Shown here in pieces: positions 30,590-41,545 of a stretch of 64,000 bases of DNA (positions within the stretch are counted from its first letter, which is position 1; every line of letters starts with the position of its first letter). Below the pieces are notes generated by a model. The model searched no databases. It was not told where the DNA came from and saw only the letters and a program-made list of their open reading frames with translations. The stretch covers positions 128,001-192,000 of the forward strand of contig JBCBJQ010000001.1 in NCBI GenBank assembly GCA_038523235.1, read 5' to 3'. The translations under genes were made by a program, and so were the position numbers. The DNA is from Cyanobacteria bacterium J06626_4 (GTDB taxonomy: Bacteria > Cyanobacteriota > Cyanobacteriia > Phormidesmidales > Phormidesmidaceae).

Positions 30590-31798
30590 CTAATCCTGAC
30601 TGTCTGATAGAAGCGGAGCACCTATCGCCGCTTTAGAGAGCATTTCGAGGGGGTTGCTATCTGCTAATTCTGCCGCCATATCAGGGGCAGGCTCAAGCCC
30701 TTCGCCGACTCGACGAGCGGCCCGCATTGCCGTAAAGGCTTCTTTAATTACCACCGCTACTGGCACCGCCACAATCACTCCCAGCAGCCCACCCACACGG
30801 GCCCCTGAAAGCAGTGAGATAAAGACCCAGAAAGGATTAAGGCCCGTAAAGCTCCCAAGCACCCGAGGCGCTAAGACATTTTCGACAAGCTGCTGCACTA
30901 ACGCCGACAGCGCCAAGACTTTCACAGCGATACTGACATCTCTCAGGCCAACCAGCAGCGTGACTACCACGATGCCGACTGTGCCACCAAAGGGAATCAA
31001 GGCTGCCAAGCCAATGGTGATGCCAAACAACAGGCCAAAGGGCACCTGCACGACTAAGTAAATGACCGTCAGAGCTAGCCCCATAAAGGTGGCGATAATA
31101 AACTGCCCCAAAAAGTAATTGCGAAAGCTGACACGTAAAGTTTCAGAAAACAGCCGCTGAATTTTGCTCGGTAACCAGCCGACAATGCCATCCCAAACAT
31201 CGTCGCCATGCTGCAACAGATAAAAAGTCAGGACGATCGCCAACACAATATCTAAGAGCTTATTGGCAGTGAATAACGCGACGCCAAAGGTGAGATTGAG
31301 CGCTTCTCCCGCAATCTGCTCAAACCGCAACTTGAGGCGATCGTTCACCTGCTCAATCAGGCCATCTAAGTTGAATGGCAGCCCCCAATTTTCAAACCGA
31401 CCATCTAGCATCAGCAACTGACCTCGGCCCGAATCAAACCACTCGGGCAGTTTGGTAACCAACTGCTGCGCCTGCTCAAACACCAAGGGCAAAATCGTAA
31501 TGCCAACAGTCAGAAATAAAATCACCGCGCTTAGGAGCACAAAAACCGACGCTAGACCTTGCTTGACCCCGAGCCGCTTGAGCCAAGAGACGGGATAGCT
31601 CAGCAAGAACGCCAGTAAAGAGGCCACAATCACCGCGACTAAGATTTCGCGGAAATAATCAAAAATTTGGGCGATCGCCCAAACGTTGAGCACGATCAGG
31701 GGAGCCGCCAATAGAATCATCAGCGTTCGCGTAAACGGCCCCAAAGATCGCCACCAGCGGGTAATCCAACTCTGCGAATGCAATTCAGATGGGGTCAT
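30590..31798 (-). CDS. AI-2E family transporter
   Basis: Multi-TM protein with LIPFGG, QQLVENVLAPR, GLNP and GGLLGVIVAVP. Confidence 0.9.
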   Translation of the reverse strand: MTPSELHSQSWITRWWRSLGPFTRTLMILLAAPLIVLNVWAIAQIFDYFREILVAVIVASLLAFLLSYPVSWLKRLGVKQGLASVFVLLSAVILFLTVGITILPLVFEQAQQLVTKLPEWFDSGRGQLLMLDGRFENWGLPFNLDGLIEQVNDRLKLRFEQIAGEALNLTFGVALFTANKLLDIVLAIVLTFYLLQHGDDVWDGIVGWLPSKIQRLFSETLRVSFRNYFLGQFIIATFMGLALTVIYLVVQVPFGLLFGITIGLAALIPFGGTVGIVVVTLLVGLRDVSIAVKVLALSALVQQLVENVLAPRVLGSFTGLNPFWVFISLLSGARVGGLLGVIVAVPVAVVIKEAFTAMRAARRVGEGLEPAPDMAAELADSNPLEMLSKAAIGAPLLSDSQD

Positions 31799-32038
31799 AG
31801 GTTGAGCTATAGGTATCCACTGCTTTTAGTTTATGGTGACGTTGATGCAATCAGGATGTGTCGAGAGTAAGAGGTTAGCGCCAAGCCTCAATCATCCCTG
31901 ACCAGGCAGAGTAAGGGCAGCATGCTTGACCCTAAAACTTGGACTTTCGTGAGGTTCTACCCTTCCCGCAGAGTACTCTGCACTCCAAATTCCGCACTCC
32001 CACTTCCCAACTCCCAACCAGTAGTCATCAGTGCCCTC

Positions 32039-33199
32039 ATGCCTCGACGTCATCTCTACAAACGTATCCTCTTGGTCATGGCGATCGCCCTGACAGTTGC
32101 CCTGACGCTGGTGGATTGGCGGCTAGTGTCTCGAGCCGCGACGTATCCCGACACCCCCATCATGGCAGTGGAGTGGTATCGCCCCCAGGCCCAAGTCGCT
32201 GGACAGTATCAAACAGCGTTACCGATGACCACGGAGTCGCCGTCACGGGAATTTGCTGAAGCCCTACAGCAAGTTTCTGAGTATGCTGCCGCCCGCAATT
32301 CGACCGGGCTCGTCATCATGCATCAAGACGCCATTGTGTTGGAAAAATACTGGCAAGGATACGACCAAACGTCGAAATTCAATGCAATGTCGATGTCAAA
32401 AAGCCTCGTCGGGCTCTTGATTGGTCAGGCGATCGCGGAAGGGGCTATTACCTCACTGGACGAAGTGGCGGCTAACTATCTACCCGAATGGCGTCAAGAC
32501 AAACGCAATCAAATCACGCTCAGAGACTTGATCTACATGCAGTCAGGTCTGCGCAACGAAGACAGCACTAGCAGCCCCCTGTCTGACCTCGTGCAACTCT
32601 ATGTCGGCTCTACCGTGGAGAAAACCGCCCTCAAGGTGCCCAGCGTCAAACCGCCGGGGCAAGTTTTTGAATACAACAACGTCAATAGTCAAATTCTCGC
32701 GATCGTGCTGCAGCGAGCAACGGGCATAGCCTATGGTGACTACCTGTCGGCTCGATTGTGGCAGCCGTTGGCAGCTCAAGATGCGACGGTCTGGCTCGAT
32801 CGCCCCAACGGGATGGCCAAAACCTTTTGTTGCTTTTTCGCCACGGCTCGCGATTGGGCGAGAGTCGGCCAAATGCTGCTCCATCAGGGCCAGGTCGCTA
32901 ACACTCGCATCATCCCAGCCGATTGGATCTCAGAGATGCTGACGCCGTCACCGTTAGAAGCCACCTTTGGTAAACATATCTGGGTCAAAGCCCGCACCCC
33001 CGACCATCCCAACGTCGATACTGCGGCAACAGTCCCGTTTCTGGCGGCTGATACCTTTTTGCTCGATGGCCGAGGGCTCCAAAGGGTCTTTATCGTGCCC
33101 TCTCAATCGCTTGTCATCGTTCGCATGGGCGAACAACCGGCAACCTGGGATGACTCAGTGATTCCCAACATACTCGTGAGCAGCCTGAGCCAGCCCTAG
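32039..33199 (+). CDS. Serine hydrolase (class C beta-lactamase-related)
   Basis: SxxK motif SMSKS, MQSGL, YxN motif EYNN and an N-terminal TM. Confidence 0.9.
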   Translation: MPRRHLYKRILLVMAIALTVALTLVDWRLVSRAATYPDTPIMAVEWYRPQAQVAGQYQTALPMTTESPSREFAEALQQVSEYAAARNSTGLVIMHQDAIVLEKYWQGYDQTSKFNAMSMSKSLVGLLIGQAIAEGAITSLDEVAANYLPEWRQDKRNQITLRDLIYMQSGLRNEDSTSSPLSDLVQLYVGSTVEKTALKVPSVKPPGQVFEYNNVNSQILAIVLQRATGIAYGDYLSARLWQPLAAQDATVWLDRPNGMAKTFCCFFATARDWARVGQMLLHQGQVANTRIIPADWISEMLTPSPLEATFGKHIWVKARTPDHPNVDTAATVPFLAADTFLLDGRGLQRVFIVPSQSLVIVRMGEQPATWDDSVIPNILVSSLSQP

Positions 33200-33282
33200 G
33201 CGATGCCTTTTGGGCGATCGCGCCTCGGGTTCACCTAAATTTCTGAGTCGGATTCAGGAAACCCGCTCCCTGCCCGCAAAAC

Positions 33283-33314
33283 AAAACGGAGCGTAGTCAT
33301 TGCTTACGCTCCGT
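33283..33314 (-). terminator. Terminator after ndhJ
   Basis: Stem ACGGAGCGTA/TACGCTCCGT with a T-tract on the minus strand. Confidence 0.65.
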
Positions 33315-33340
33315 CAGAATCAACCTATCCGCATGTCGGT

Positions 33341-33874
33341 CTAGTAAGCATCCTGAAGCTCATAGAAGTCAGGCGACACGTAGTCCTTGCGCAGCGGCCA
33401 ACCGACCCAATCTTCGGGCATCAGCAAGCGCTTAAGGTTCGGATGGCCTTCGTAAACGATGCCGTACATGTCATAGCTTTCGCGCTCCTGCCAATCGGCA
33501 GCCTTCCAGATCCAATAGACCGAAGGAAGGCTCGGGTTATCCCTTGGTAGAAAGACTTTAACGCGCACTTCTTCAGGATCAGTCGCATTGTCGCTGACCT
33601 TGGCCAGATGATAAAAGCTGACGAGTTGCTTGCCGGGCCCCTCATCATAGGCCCCTTGACATTGCAAATAGTTAAACCCGTAAGCAAACAGAGCCGTACA
33701 CACTGGGATCAAAAACTGAGGTTCGACTGTCAGCACCTCAATACCCAGATGATCAGGGGCCAGAGAATCATGGCCAAAGCCATTTTCCGTGAGCCACTTA
33801 GAAACCGTTCCGGCCTCGACGATCGCGCCTTCCTCAGCAGTTGCGTTATCAGGCGTTGATTGATCTTCAGCCAT
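33341..33874 (-). CDS. ndhJ: NDH-1 subunit J
   Basis: Motifs [22 protein letters not shown] and GWPLRKDY. Confidence 0.97.
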   Translation of the reverse strand: MAEDQSTPDNATAEEGAIVEAGTVSKWLTENGFGHDSLAPDHLGIEVLTVEPQFLIPVCTALFAYGFNYLQCQGAYDEGPGKQLVSFYHLAKVSDNATDPEEVRVKVFLPRDNPSLPSVYWIWKAADWQERESYDMYGIVYEGHPNLKRLLMPEDWVGWPLRKDYVSPDFYELQDAY

Positions 33875-34607
33875 TGGCTTCCTCCTGCTTCACGGCTTCT
33901 TGCGAGGCCGCAGACAGCGGCATCCCCATAGCGGCCATCAACTCCTTAGGAGGTGCCTCATGGGTGCCCATCTGCAGATACTTACCGGTCAAAATGGGAG
34001 AAACCGACTTTAACTCATGCTTAACGGCGTGATATCGGTGAGTTTGACCCAGACTGGCTTGATCCGCCCAAGATTCGGTCGAAATCTTTTTGCGCAGCTT
34101 AATAATGGCATCAAAGATCGCCTCTGGACGCGGGGGACAGCCGGGGATGTAAACATCCACGGGAATAAGCTTGTCAACACCTCGGACAGCGGTGGGAGAA
34201 TCCATACTGAACATGCCACCCGTAATGGTGCAAGCACCCATCGCAATTACGTACTTCGGGTCTGGCATCTGCTCATACAGCCTGATCAGGGCCGGTGCCA
34301 TCTTCATCGTGACGGTGCCCGCTGTGATGATCAGATCAGCCTGTCGCGGAGAGGCTCTGGGTAGCAGCCCAAATCGGTCAAAATCAAATCGCGAGCCAAT
34401 CAGAGCGGCAAATTCGATAAAACAGCAGGCGGTACCGTACAGCATCGGAAACAAGCTCGACAACCGAGTCCAGTTGTAGAGGTCGTCGACGGTGGTCAGA
34501 ATGACGTTTTCTGACAAATCCTGAGTCACCGTGGGCGTGCCGATTGGATTCGCTAGCCGCTCATCAGGAGCCAACATGGGTGCTTTTCCTTGAGGATTCA
34601 TGACCAT
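33867..34607 (-). CDS. ndhK: NDH-1 subunit K
   Basis: Motifs [17 protein letters not shown] and [10 protein letters not shown]. Confidence 0.97.
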   Translation of the reverse strand: MVMNPQGKAPMLAPDERLANPIGTPTVTQDLSENVILTTVDDLYNWTRLSSLFPMLYGTACCFIEFAALIGSRFDFDRFGLLPRASPRQADLIITAGTVTMKMAPALIRLYEQMPDPKYVIAMGACTITGGMFSMDSPTAVRGVDKLIPVDVYIPGCPPRPEAIFDAIIKLRKKISTESWADQASLGQTHRYHAVKHELKSVSPILTGKYLQMGTHEAPPKELMAAMGMPLSAASQEAVKQEEANG

Positions 34608-34960
34608 TCCAGTGCTCCTTTTCTCCAAGCATAAACAAGACCCACCACGAGAATCCCAATAAAGATTAAGGCCTCAACAAATGCTAGAAGCCCCAACTGA
34701 TTGAAGGCAACTGCCCAGGGATAGAGGAAAACGGTTTCCACATCAAAGATGACAAAAACCAAGGCGAACATGTAATAGCGGATATTGAACTGAATCCAAG
34801 CGCCGCCAATCGGCTCCATGCCAGATTCATAAGTCGTTTTGCGGCTAGCGCCCTCGCGCTTTGGCCGGAGGAAATAAGCAATCCCCAAAGCCAAAACCGG
34901 AACGGAGCTACAGAGGAGAAGAAATACTAATAGGTATTCGTACCCGTCTAAAACAAACAC
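34598..34960 (-). CDS. ndhC: NDH-1 subunit 3
   Basis: Motifs [21 protein letters not shown] and [12 protein letters not shown] start. Confidence 0.97.
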   Translation of the reverse strand: MFVLDGYEYLLVFLLLCSSVPVLALGIAYFLRPKREGASRKTTYESGMEPIGGAWIQFNIRYYMFALVFVIFDVETVFLYPWAVAFNQLGLLAFVEALIFIGILVVGLVYAWRKGALEWS

Positions 34961-35296
34961 TGCCTGTCCTCATTCACAGCTGCATTAGTCGTAATTTATG
35001 CATATCTACTTTAGTTTACATTCCGTAGAGCTTCAGAACCGACTCTGAAGTTCAATTTTTCTTAGGGTTTCTATAGGGTTTGCTGTGGCACGGGTGGCAG
35101 AGCCGACGGAGCTGAACCGGGCGACGTCGGTGTTGCATCTAATGGGGAAAAGTTGGGGAGGGCCGGGGTCAAGAAACGTTCTATGTCATAATTGGTAACA
35201 ATTATTTCATTTTTGCGGAAAGCTTTGCCTGACGGATACTTGACAGATATCCGCAGGTTGGTTGAGGCAGCGTAACTAGCTAAGGGGAACACCGCT

Positions 35297-35716
35297 ATGT
35301 CGACCGAACCTAATCAACCAGTAGATGAGGTCAAGGCCGTATCGGGTGATGCGTCAGCAGCAGCTGAGGGGACGCCCGAAGAGGCGGCGCTCCCGCTCAC
35401 CCCGAGGGAGATGGATCAGTTTGAGTGCCTTGCCTGCGGCTACACCTATGAGCCAGTCAAGGGGGACGATCGCAGCAGTATCCCTGCTGGGGTGCCGTTT
35501 CAGGAGGTCCCCTTGAATTGGCGCTGCCCCGTGTGTGGCGCTCAAAAAAAGCGATTTGCCAACATTGGGCCAGCGGGTACCCCTTCAGGCTTTAAGGAAA
35601 ATCTGAATTACGGGCTAGGGGTTAACGTCTTAACGCCGGGGCAAAAAAGTGTGTTGATTTTCGGGGCTCTCGCCCTGGGATTTTTGTTCTTCTTGAGTCT
35701 GTATGGCTTGCGATAG
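35297..35716 (+). CDS. rubA: Membrane-anchored rubredoxin
   Basis: CLACGY...WRCPVC and a C-terminal TM. Upstream of ycf48. Confidence 0.93.
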   Translation: MSTEPNQPVDEVKAVSGDASAAAEGTPEEAALPLTPREMDQFECLACGYTYEPVKGDDRSSIPAGVPFQEVPLNWRCPVCGAQKKRFANIGPAGTPSGFKENLNYGLGVNVLTPGQKSVLIFGALALGFLFFLSLYGLR

Positions 35717-35782
35717 CTCTGGCCCGACTGGGTTACGGGTCAATTTTCGGTATTTGTTGTCTCTATTGGATGTCGATCTGGA

Positions 35783-36790
35783 ATGCGTGGTTTGTTAGTT
35801 CATCTGAGAAAGTTTGGGGCGATCGCGGCGGTGGCACTCCTGTGCTTTGGCTGCGGCAATGCTTTTCTACCCACCCTAGAAAACAACCCCTGGGAAATTG
35901 TCCATATTGATACGGAGGCCACCTTCTCGGATGTGGCATTCACGGGCGATAGCAACCACGGTTGGCTGGTCGGCAGCCGCAATACCCTTCTAGAAACCCA
36001 AGACGGCGGTGAGACCTGGAATGAGCGATCGCTGGACTTAGACGATCAAAACTTTACGTTCACCTCCGTCAGCTTTGTCAACGACGAAGGCTGGGTGGCT
36101 GGACAACCGCAAATTTTGTTGCACACAACCAATGGCGGCGACACCTGGGAGCGCGTTCCCCTCAGTGACCAGCTGCCCGGCAAGCCGTTTTTGGTAGCGG
36201 CGCTCGCCCCGCAGGAAGCAGAGCTGGCCACTGATGTGGGAGCTATCTACCGCACTCGCGATGCTGGCAAAAATTGGAAAGGCTTGGTGCTGGGTGCCGT
36301 CGGCGTGGTTCGCAACATGAGTCGCAACGCTGATGGCAGCTACGCCGCCGTCTCATCGCGCGGCAATTTTTACTCTCTCTGGAAACCCGGTGAGTTGGAA
36401 TGGCACCCTTACAATCGCGAAAGTTCTCGTCGCTTGCAGAATATTGGCTTTGACCAGAGCGGTGGCCTCTGGCTGCTGGAACGGGGGGGACAAATTCAGT
36501 TTTCGCCCACGGGTGAAGACGACGACTGGCAAGAACCCGTCAACCCAGAATTTGTCAGCAGTTGGGGCTTTTTGGATGCGGCCTATCAAACCCCAGAAGA
36601 ACTTTGGGTTTCGGGCGGTAGCGGCACCCTTTACTATAGCCCTGATGCGGGGTTGACTTGGTACAAAGATGCTGATGTGAATGAAACGCCTTCTAACCTT
36701 TATCGCATCGTCTTCAATACGCCAGAGCAGGGATTCATTTTGGGGCAAAACGGCTATTTGTTGAGATATGCTGCCGAAAAGGCAGTGTGA
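35783..36790 (+). CDS. ycf48: PSII assembly factor Ycf48/HCF136
   Basis: BNR repeats (TQDGGETW, TTNGGDTW), AVSSRGNFY and RRLQNIGF. Upstream of psbE. Confidence 0.95.
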   Translation: MRGLLVHLRKFGAIAAVALLCFGCGNAFLPTLENNPWEIVHIDTEATFSDVAFTGDSNHGWLVGSRNTLLETQDGGETWNERSLDLDDQNFTFTSVSFVNDEGWVAGQPQILLHTTNGGDTWERVPLSDQLPGKPFLVAALAPQEAELATDVGAIYRTRDAGKNWKGLVLGAVGVVRNMSRNADGSYAAVSSRGNFYSLWKPGELEWHPYNRESSRRLQNIGFDQSGGLWLLERGGQIQFSPTGEDDDWQEPVNPEFVSSWGFLDAAYQTPEELWVSGGSGTLYYSPDAGLTWYKDADVNETPSNLYRIVFNTPEQGFILGQNGYLLRYAAEKAV

Positions 36791-36894
36791 TCCCCACAAA
36801 TAGTGACGTAACTACAAATCTTACTTGTGATGGAATCCTGAGTTCCGTATCATTTAGTAATCGGATCGATACACACGTTACATGAGAGGTTGAT

Positions 36895-37143
36895 ATGGCA
36901 GGTGATACTGGCGAACGGCCATTTGGCGACATTATTACCAGTATTCGTTATTGGGTGATCCACAGCATCACGATTCCGGCCCTATTTGTGGCAGGTTGGC
37001 TGTTTGTTAGCACTGGGCTAGCTTATGATGCGTTTGGCACACCGCGGCCTAACGAGTACTACCAGAGCAATCAGATGGAGCTGCCGATTGTCTCTGACCG
37101 CTACGAAGCGGAGCAACAGATCAAAGAATTTTTGGGCGAGTAG
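36895..37143 (+). CDS. psbE: Cytochrome b559 alpha
   Basis: Sequence [23 protein letters not shown]. Confidence 0.98.
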   Translation: MAGDTGERPFGDIITSIRYWVIHSITIPALFVAGWLFVSTGLAYDAFGTPRPNEYYQSNQMELPIVSDRYEAEQQIKEFLGE

Positions 37144-37204
37144 TTTACCCCGAAAATTATCTCGGCAACGAATTTAGTAAGTTTTAGAAGATTGGTGAAT
37201 TGGC

Positions 37205-37336
37205 ATGACAAACGCCCCTAACGAGCCCACGGTTTATCCTATTTTTACGGTCCGTTGGCTAGCGGTTCATACTTTGGCGGTTCCTAGTGTTTTCTTTCTA
37301 GGTGCGATCGCGGCAATGCAGTTTATACAACGATAG
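37205..37336 (+). CDS. psbF: Cytochrome b559 beta
   Basis: Manual translation [43 protein letters not shown]. Too short for the ORF track. Confidence 0.97.
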   Translation: MTNAPNEPTVYPIFTVRWLAVHTLAVPSVFFLGAIAAMQFIQR

Positions 37337-37346
37337 GAGCCTTTTT

Positions 37347-37466
37347 ATGGATCGGAATCAGAATCCGAACAAGCAACCGGTCGAGCTCAACCGCACCTCT
37401 CTCTATCTGGGACTGTTGCTGGTGTTTGTGCTCGGGCTGTTGTTCTCCAGCTATTTCTTTAACTAG
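37347..37466 (+). CDS. psbL: Photosystem II protein L
   Basis: Manual translation [39 protein letters not shown]. Confidence 0.97.
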   Translation: MDRNQNPNKQPVELNRTSLYLGLLLVFVLGLLFSSYFFN

Positions 37467-37549
37467 AGGCTGGCACTGCAATACCGCTTGGGTATTGGTT
37501 TAATTATTCTGTGTTGTGTTGATTTAAGGTTGGGTAGGAGGTTATTCGC

Positions 37550-37669
37550 ATGATTAAAAACGGACGTATCCCCTTGTGGATTGTGGCAACCGTGGCTGGA
37601 ACGGGGATTTTAGTGGTTGTCGGCTTATTTTTCTATGGTGCCTATGCTGGCGTCGGTTCCGCTGTTTAG
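37550..37669 (+). CDS. psbJ: Photosystem II protein J
   Basis: Manual translation [39 protein letters not shown], with RBS AGGAGG. Confidence 0.97.
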   Translation: MIKNGRIPLWIVATVAGTGILVVVGLFFYGAYAGVGSAV

Positions 37670-37722
37670 TCGCTCACCCAGTATTCTCAAGCTATCTGGG
37701 TAATCAACTAAATATCGGTCTC

Positions 37723-37760
37723 AAAAGCGGCTGTTTACTTCATGTGAGCAGCCGCTCTTT
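37723..37760 (+). terminator. Terminator of the psbEFLJ operon
   Basis: Stem AGCGGCTGTTTAC/GTGAGCAGCCGCT followed by CTTT. Confidence 0.6.
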
Positions 37761-37840
37761 ACGAGCTTGTGTGCCTTCTGCGGCGGCAGTTCTGGGGCTG
37801 TAGATACCCACGACCGGCAAATGCCCACAATACTTTGGAC

Positions 37841-37943
37841 TATGGCAGAGGATAGAAAGGTGCCGGGCGCAATGGGCAGGGAAGGGCCTTGCCGCAAGCG
37901 ATCCAGCGATTAAAAGCGTCCAAACCTGACTGCGGCTCGCGAT
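37841..37943 (+). repeat. Dispersed 103-bp repeat, copy 2
   Basis: Same orientation as 30392..30494 and about 86% identical. Confidence 0.85.
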
Positions 37944-38051
37944 AGGAGATCACTGGCCAGAACAGCATTTCAAGGTCAGAGTCTTTGGTCTGGCACCCCT
38001 GACCATCCGTCGCATGGTGATCCCGCAGCGGTCAGCGAACTAGTCAAGGGT

Positions 38052-39710
38052 CTACTCAATACTGATGCCACCGACAGTTTCCGCAGGACGAGGGCGCGCT
38101 ACAGTCGCTTGTGCAATCGTGCGATCGCGCTGGTGATGCTGCTGAAAATAGGCTTGCCAATCCTGAGGCGCATTCATCGTTTCGCCTCCATGCTGCGTTA
38201 GCCGTTGGCGCACCTGACATAAGACCGGTGTGTTAACGCAAGCGCCCGAAATAATCACTTGCCCCTTTGTTAGCGAGGGCAACTCTTTCAGCAAATCGCG
38301 TCCGGCGGCTTCAACCCCATGTTTCAGACTTTCTTGATCTACCGGGTTGACAATGCGCATCAAAAATTGGCTCATGCACTGTGACAACACGTCGGAATCC
38401 AGCTTGCCTGGTCGTTGGGTAATCAGTCCCACCCCCATACCAAACTTGCGTCCTTCACTCAAGATTGTTCGCAGCACCTGTTTGCAGCGGGCGGGCTCAT
38501 GGGCGGGGGCAAAGCGATGGGATTCTTCGATCAAAATAAAGACGGGATAAGGCAAGTAGGTTTCGTCTTCCGCCGACACCAGTTCTTTAGCGGTGTTCAT
38601 GCGAGCCTGGTAGCTCTGACGTAGCACAGCGGCACAAATCACCTGCTGCTCTTCCTGACTGATCTCGTTCATTTGCAAAACGGTCACCTGTCCCGGTTCA
38701 AACAGATCTTTGGGCGACAGATGGTTCATCCGGTCAAAGTAGGGGGAGTTGGCTAATCGCTCCAACTTCCATTCAATCGCCGGGGCTGAAGAACCGATTT
38801 TAGGATTGCCGTCGTCGTCTTCACTGGTGTCGGCCTCGTTGACCGCCCGAATCAGATCATTCACATCCCAGCGATAATCGCCTTGACGATGGCGCTTGAG
38901 AATCGTAAACCCTTTGTTGAGAATGGCCTGCTGGCGATCACTCATGTTGGGCAGCAGCGTCATGATGTCGTAATAGTCTAACGACGACATGCGAATGCGA
39001 ATATCATCCGGCGTCAACACTTTGACCTGCGGCGTGTAGCCATCTTCTCCCTGAAAGGCGAGATGACCGCGCATATCCCCCAGCGTGCCGTATTCGCCGT
39101 GGGGATCAAACACCAGCACCGCTGCTCGGTTGTAGGGGCGCAGCAGCTCTTCGATCAGCACGCCAGCCGTATAGGATTTACCCGAACCCGTGCCGGCCAA
39201 AATGGCCATGTGGGTACTCACCAGTTCTTTGACATCCAGCGCCACGGGCACAGCCTCGTTAGGACGCAGCAGCAGCGAGCCCACATGCGCCCCGCCAATT
39301 TCTCCTACCTGCTTTTTGTTGACGACCTTGACCAAAGTGGCGTCATCGACGCGATAGACTTTAGCACCGGGATCCGGCGTCAACCGAGGGTTGATAAAGC
39401 CCAGTGCGGGGTGAAAGTAACCGATGACCTCAACCGTGACTTCGTAAATCTCAGGGTTGGGATAGGCAAACCCGACCAGGGCAGCGATCGCCTCTGGACT
39501 GATGCCTGTATCGGCGAAAATGCGATCGGGCAGGTGGTCAATTAAACAGCGCGCAGAGATTTTGCCCAGAATATCGAGGGTGTCTTCCCCTTGCTGGGCT
39601 TGGTAAGCCACAAACTCACCAATTTTGACCTCGCGGTTATCTGCCGTAATGAAGCGATATTCGTTGCCGGTTTCTCCCGGGCCTTTGACGGTGCCGATAA
39701 CTTGCAGCAT
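38052..39710 (-). CDS. herA: HerA-family helicase/translocase (HAS barrel + DUF87 ATPase)
   Basis: HMAILAGTGSGKS, FDPHGEY, Walker B ILIEESHRF, EGRKFG and ITQRP, with an N-terminal beta-barrel-like region. Confidence 0.85.
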   Translation of the reverse strand: MLQVIGTVKGPGETGNEYRFITADNREVKIGEFVAYQAQQGEDTLDILGKISARCLIDHLPDRIFADTGISPEAIAALVGFAYPNPEIYEVTVEVIGYFHPALGFINPRLTPDPGAKVYRVDDATLVKVVNKKQVGEIGGAHVGSLLLRPNEAVPVALDVKELVSTHMAILAGTGSGKSYTAGVLIEELLRPYNRAAVLVFDPHGEYGTLGDMRGHLAFQGEDGYTPQVKVLTPDDIRIRMSSLDYYDIMTLLPNMSDRQQAILNKGFTILKRHRQGDYRWDVNDLIRAVNEADTSEDDDGNPKIGSSAPAIEWKLERLANSPYFDRMNHLSPKDLFEPGQVTVLQMNEISQEEQQVICAAVLRQSYQARMNTAKELVSAEDETYLPYPVFILIEESHRFAPAHEPARCKQVLRTILSEGRKFGMGVGLITQRPGKLDSDVLSQCMSQFLMRIVNPVDQESLKHGVEAAGRDLLKELPSLTKGQVIISGACVNTPVLCQVRQRLTQHGGETMNAPQDWQAYFQQHHQRDRTIAQATVARPRPAETVGGISIE

Positions 39711-39925
39711 GATGCGGTTTTGCAATCCCAAGTGCGGTTTTTTACGGAAGGCAGGCAGCCCATCTCTAAAACTGTAGCGATTCCACGGTGATTAGAATGA
39801 ACTGAGTGACAGTAATCTATACCTAATCATTCAAATTAGTCATATCCAGAGACGAGATTCTCGAGTATTCTGGAATCTGAGCGCTAATTTGGGTTGACTA
39901 TTAAGTAGACCTGGCAAGCCTTCCT

Positions 39926-40492
39926 ATGAATGACGCTTCCACTTCTGAAGTAAATACCCCGCTGAACGAATCCTTACCAGCTGTGGAGGCTGCTGAGGAC
40001 TCATTACAGGTCTCAGCCGAGAAGCTACCTGGTCGGCATCGGCGGATTTTGGCGTCCATTTCGATTCCTTGTCCAGTTGAGCAAGTTTGGCAGGTGCTCA
40101 CTGATTATGACCATTTGTCAGACTTCATTCCGAATCTGACGGTGAGCCGCCGCTTAGAAAGCGCTGAACCCGTCACCCTGCTGGAGCAAGTGGGCACTCA
40201 GTGTTTTCTCAACATTCAGTTTTGTGCGCGAGTCGTGCTTAACATGGCTGAGCAGTTTCCCCATCATATCGGCTTCACCATGGTCGAGGGCGATTTCAAG
40301 TCCTTTGAGGGCGCTTGGCAGTTAGAGGCAGAGTCGCCAGAGCATGAGACGACTCGTCTGCTTTACGAAATCACCGTATGTCCGCCGCGGGCGATTCCGG
40401 CCCTGCTGATCGAGCGGCATCTGCGCCATGACTTGAGCCAAAATCTACGCGCCATTCGTCAGCACACGATGTCTGTAGCGGGCATCGCCTAA
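39926..40492 (+). CDS. SRPBCC / polyketide cyclase family protein
   Basis: Motifs VWQVLTDYDHLSDFIPNL and MVEGDFKSFEGAW. Confidence 0.9.
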   Translation: MNDASTSEVNTPLNESLPAVEAAEDSLQVSAEKLPGRHRRILASISIPCPVEQVWQVLTDYDHLSDFIPNLTVSRRLESAEPVTLLEQVGTQCFLNIQFCARVVLNMAEQFPHHIGFTMVEGDFKSFEGAWQLEAESPEHETTRLLYEITVCPPRAIPALLIERHLRHDLSQNLRAIRQHTMSVAGIA

Positions 40493-40552
40493 TTTCCGGA
40501 AACCTTGGCTCGACTTTTGTACCCTACTCTTAACGAGTGGGGTTTTTAGTCG

Positions 40553-41545
40553 GTGGCTAAATCAAAGTCCTGCCTGGCTAACGTCGCCGCCTGGTTGTTA
40601 TTGCTGGGCATCGTCGCGCTAACAGCGATCGCGCTCTTTTCTAGCAGCTACGGTTGGCCCATTTATCTTGAGCTACTCTCTCACTTCCAACTGCAGTATT
40701 GGATTTTGAGCACGATCGGCCTAGTTGGCATCGCGTTAACTCGCTGCAAAATCCCAGTCCTGATCGGCTTGGCATGTGTGGCGGCATTGGCGACCCAAAT
40801 TCTTCCTTGGTATTGGCCACCCAGCTTTGTCACCGCTAACAATGGCAATTTCCGCATTTTGATCATCAACGTCAATCTCAACAATACGCAGTTCGAAGAT
40901 GTTCTGGCCTTTGCTCGGCAAGAGGATCCCGATCTGGCCCTGTTTATGGAAGTCACCGATATTTGGCGAGATCGGCTTGACAGCCTGCTGACCGAGTTAC
41001 CTTACTCATCGCGAGAGACCAGTCCGTATAATTTGCTGTACAGCCGATATCCGCTCAGTGATATGCAGCTTATGCCGTTTGGCGAAAACAGCACGCCTAG
41101 CGTCGTCGGAACGGTCACTGTTGAGGGGCAAACAATTGCTTTGGTAGGCACTCATCCTTTGCCACCGGTGAAACCTTACGCTTTTCATTCCCGCAATCAG
41201 CAACTCTATGAACTGGGGCAATATGTGCAAACCGTAGACGCTCCCAAAATCGTGATTGGCGATCTCAATATCACGATGTGGTCGCCCTATTACAAACAAC
41301 TGATCCGTAATACGGGCCTAAAAAACGCTCGCAAGGGATTTGGTCTGCTGCCCAGCTGGCCGACCCAAGGCACCTATCGGCAAATTCCAAATTGGGCGTC
41401 GCTCCTGTTCTCGATTCCCATCGACCATTGTTTGTTGAGCCCTGAGCTGACTGTCGAGAATATCCAAATTGGCCCTAACGTCGGTTCCGACCATCGCCCT
41501 GTGATCGTCGACCTGCGGTTATCGGCGTCAGGGGACAGCCTATGA
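40553..41545 (+). CDS. Endonuclease/exonuclease/phosphatase family membrane protein
   Basis: Three N-terminal TMs, then NVN, MEV, GDLN, PIDH and GSDHRP. Confidence 0.9.
   Translation: MAKSKSCLANVAAWLLLLGIVALTAIALFSSSYGWPIYLELLSHFQLQYWILSTIGLVGIALTRCKIPVLIGLACVAALATQILPWYWPPSFVTANNGNFRILIINVNLNNTQFEDVLAFARQEDPDLALFMEVTDIWRDRLDSLLTELPYSSRETSPYNLLYSRYPLSDMQLMPFGENSTPSVVGTVTVEGQTIALVGTHPLPPVKPYAFHSRNQQLYELGQYVQTVDAPKIVIGDLNITMWSPYYKQLIRNTGLKNARKGFGLLPSWPTQGTYRQIPNWASLLFSIPIDHCLLSPELTVENIQIGPNVGSDHRPVIVDLRLSASGDSL

Noticed and set aside
31981..32016. Heptamer-like C-rich tandem repeats
   Set aside because: Short and degenerate. This is a common cyanobacterial intergenic feature with no further signal.
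36805..36890. NtcA or HLR1 sites upstream of psbE
   Set aside because: The GTA...TAC spacings are not N8 and the direct-repeat period does not fit.
37841..37943. Cobalamin riboswitch in the 103-bp repeat (GGGAAG...ACCTG)
   Set aside because: Other B12-box elements are missing, and both copies lie 3' of convergent genes rather than in 5' leaders.
38052..39710. HerA as part of an anti-phage system (Sir2-HerA, DUF4297-HerA)
   Set aside because: No adjacent effector gene, it has a HAS-barrel-like N-terminus, and it sits in housekeeping context with a NurA in the same window.
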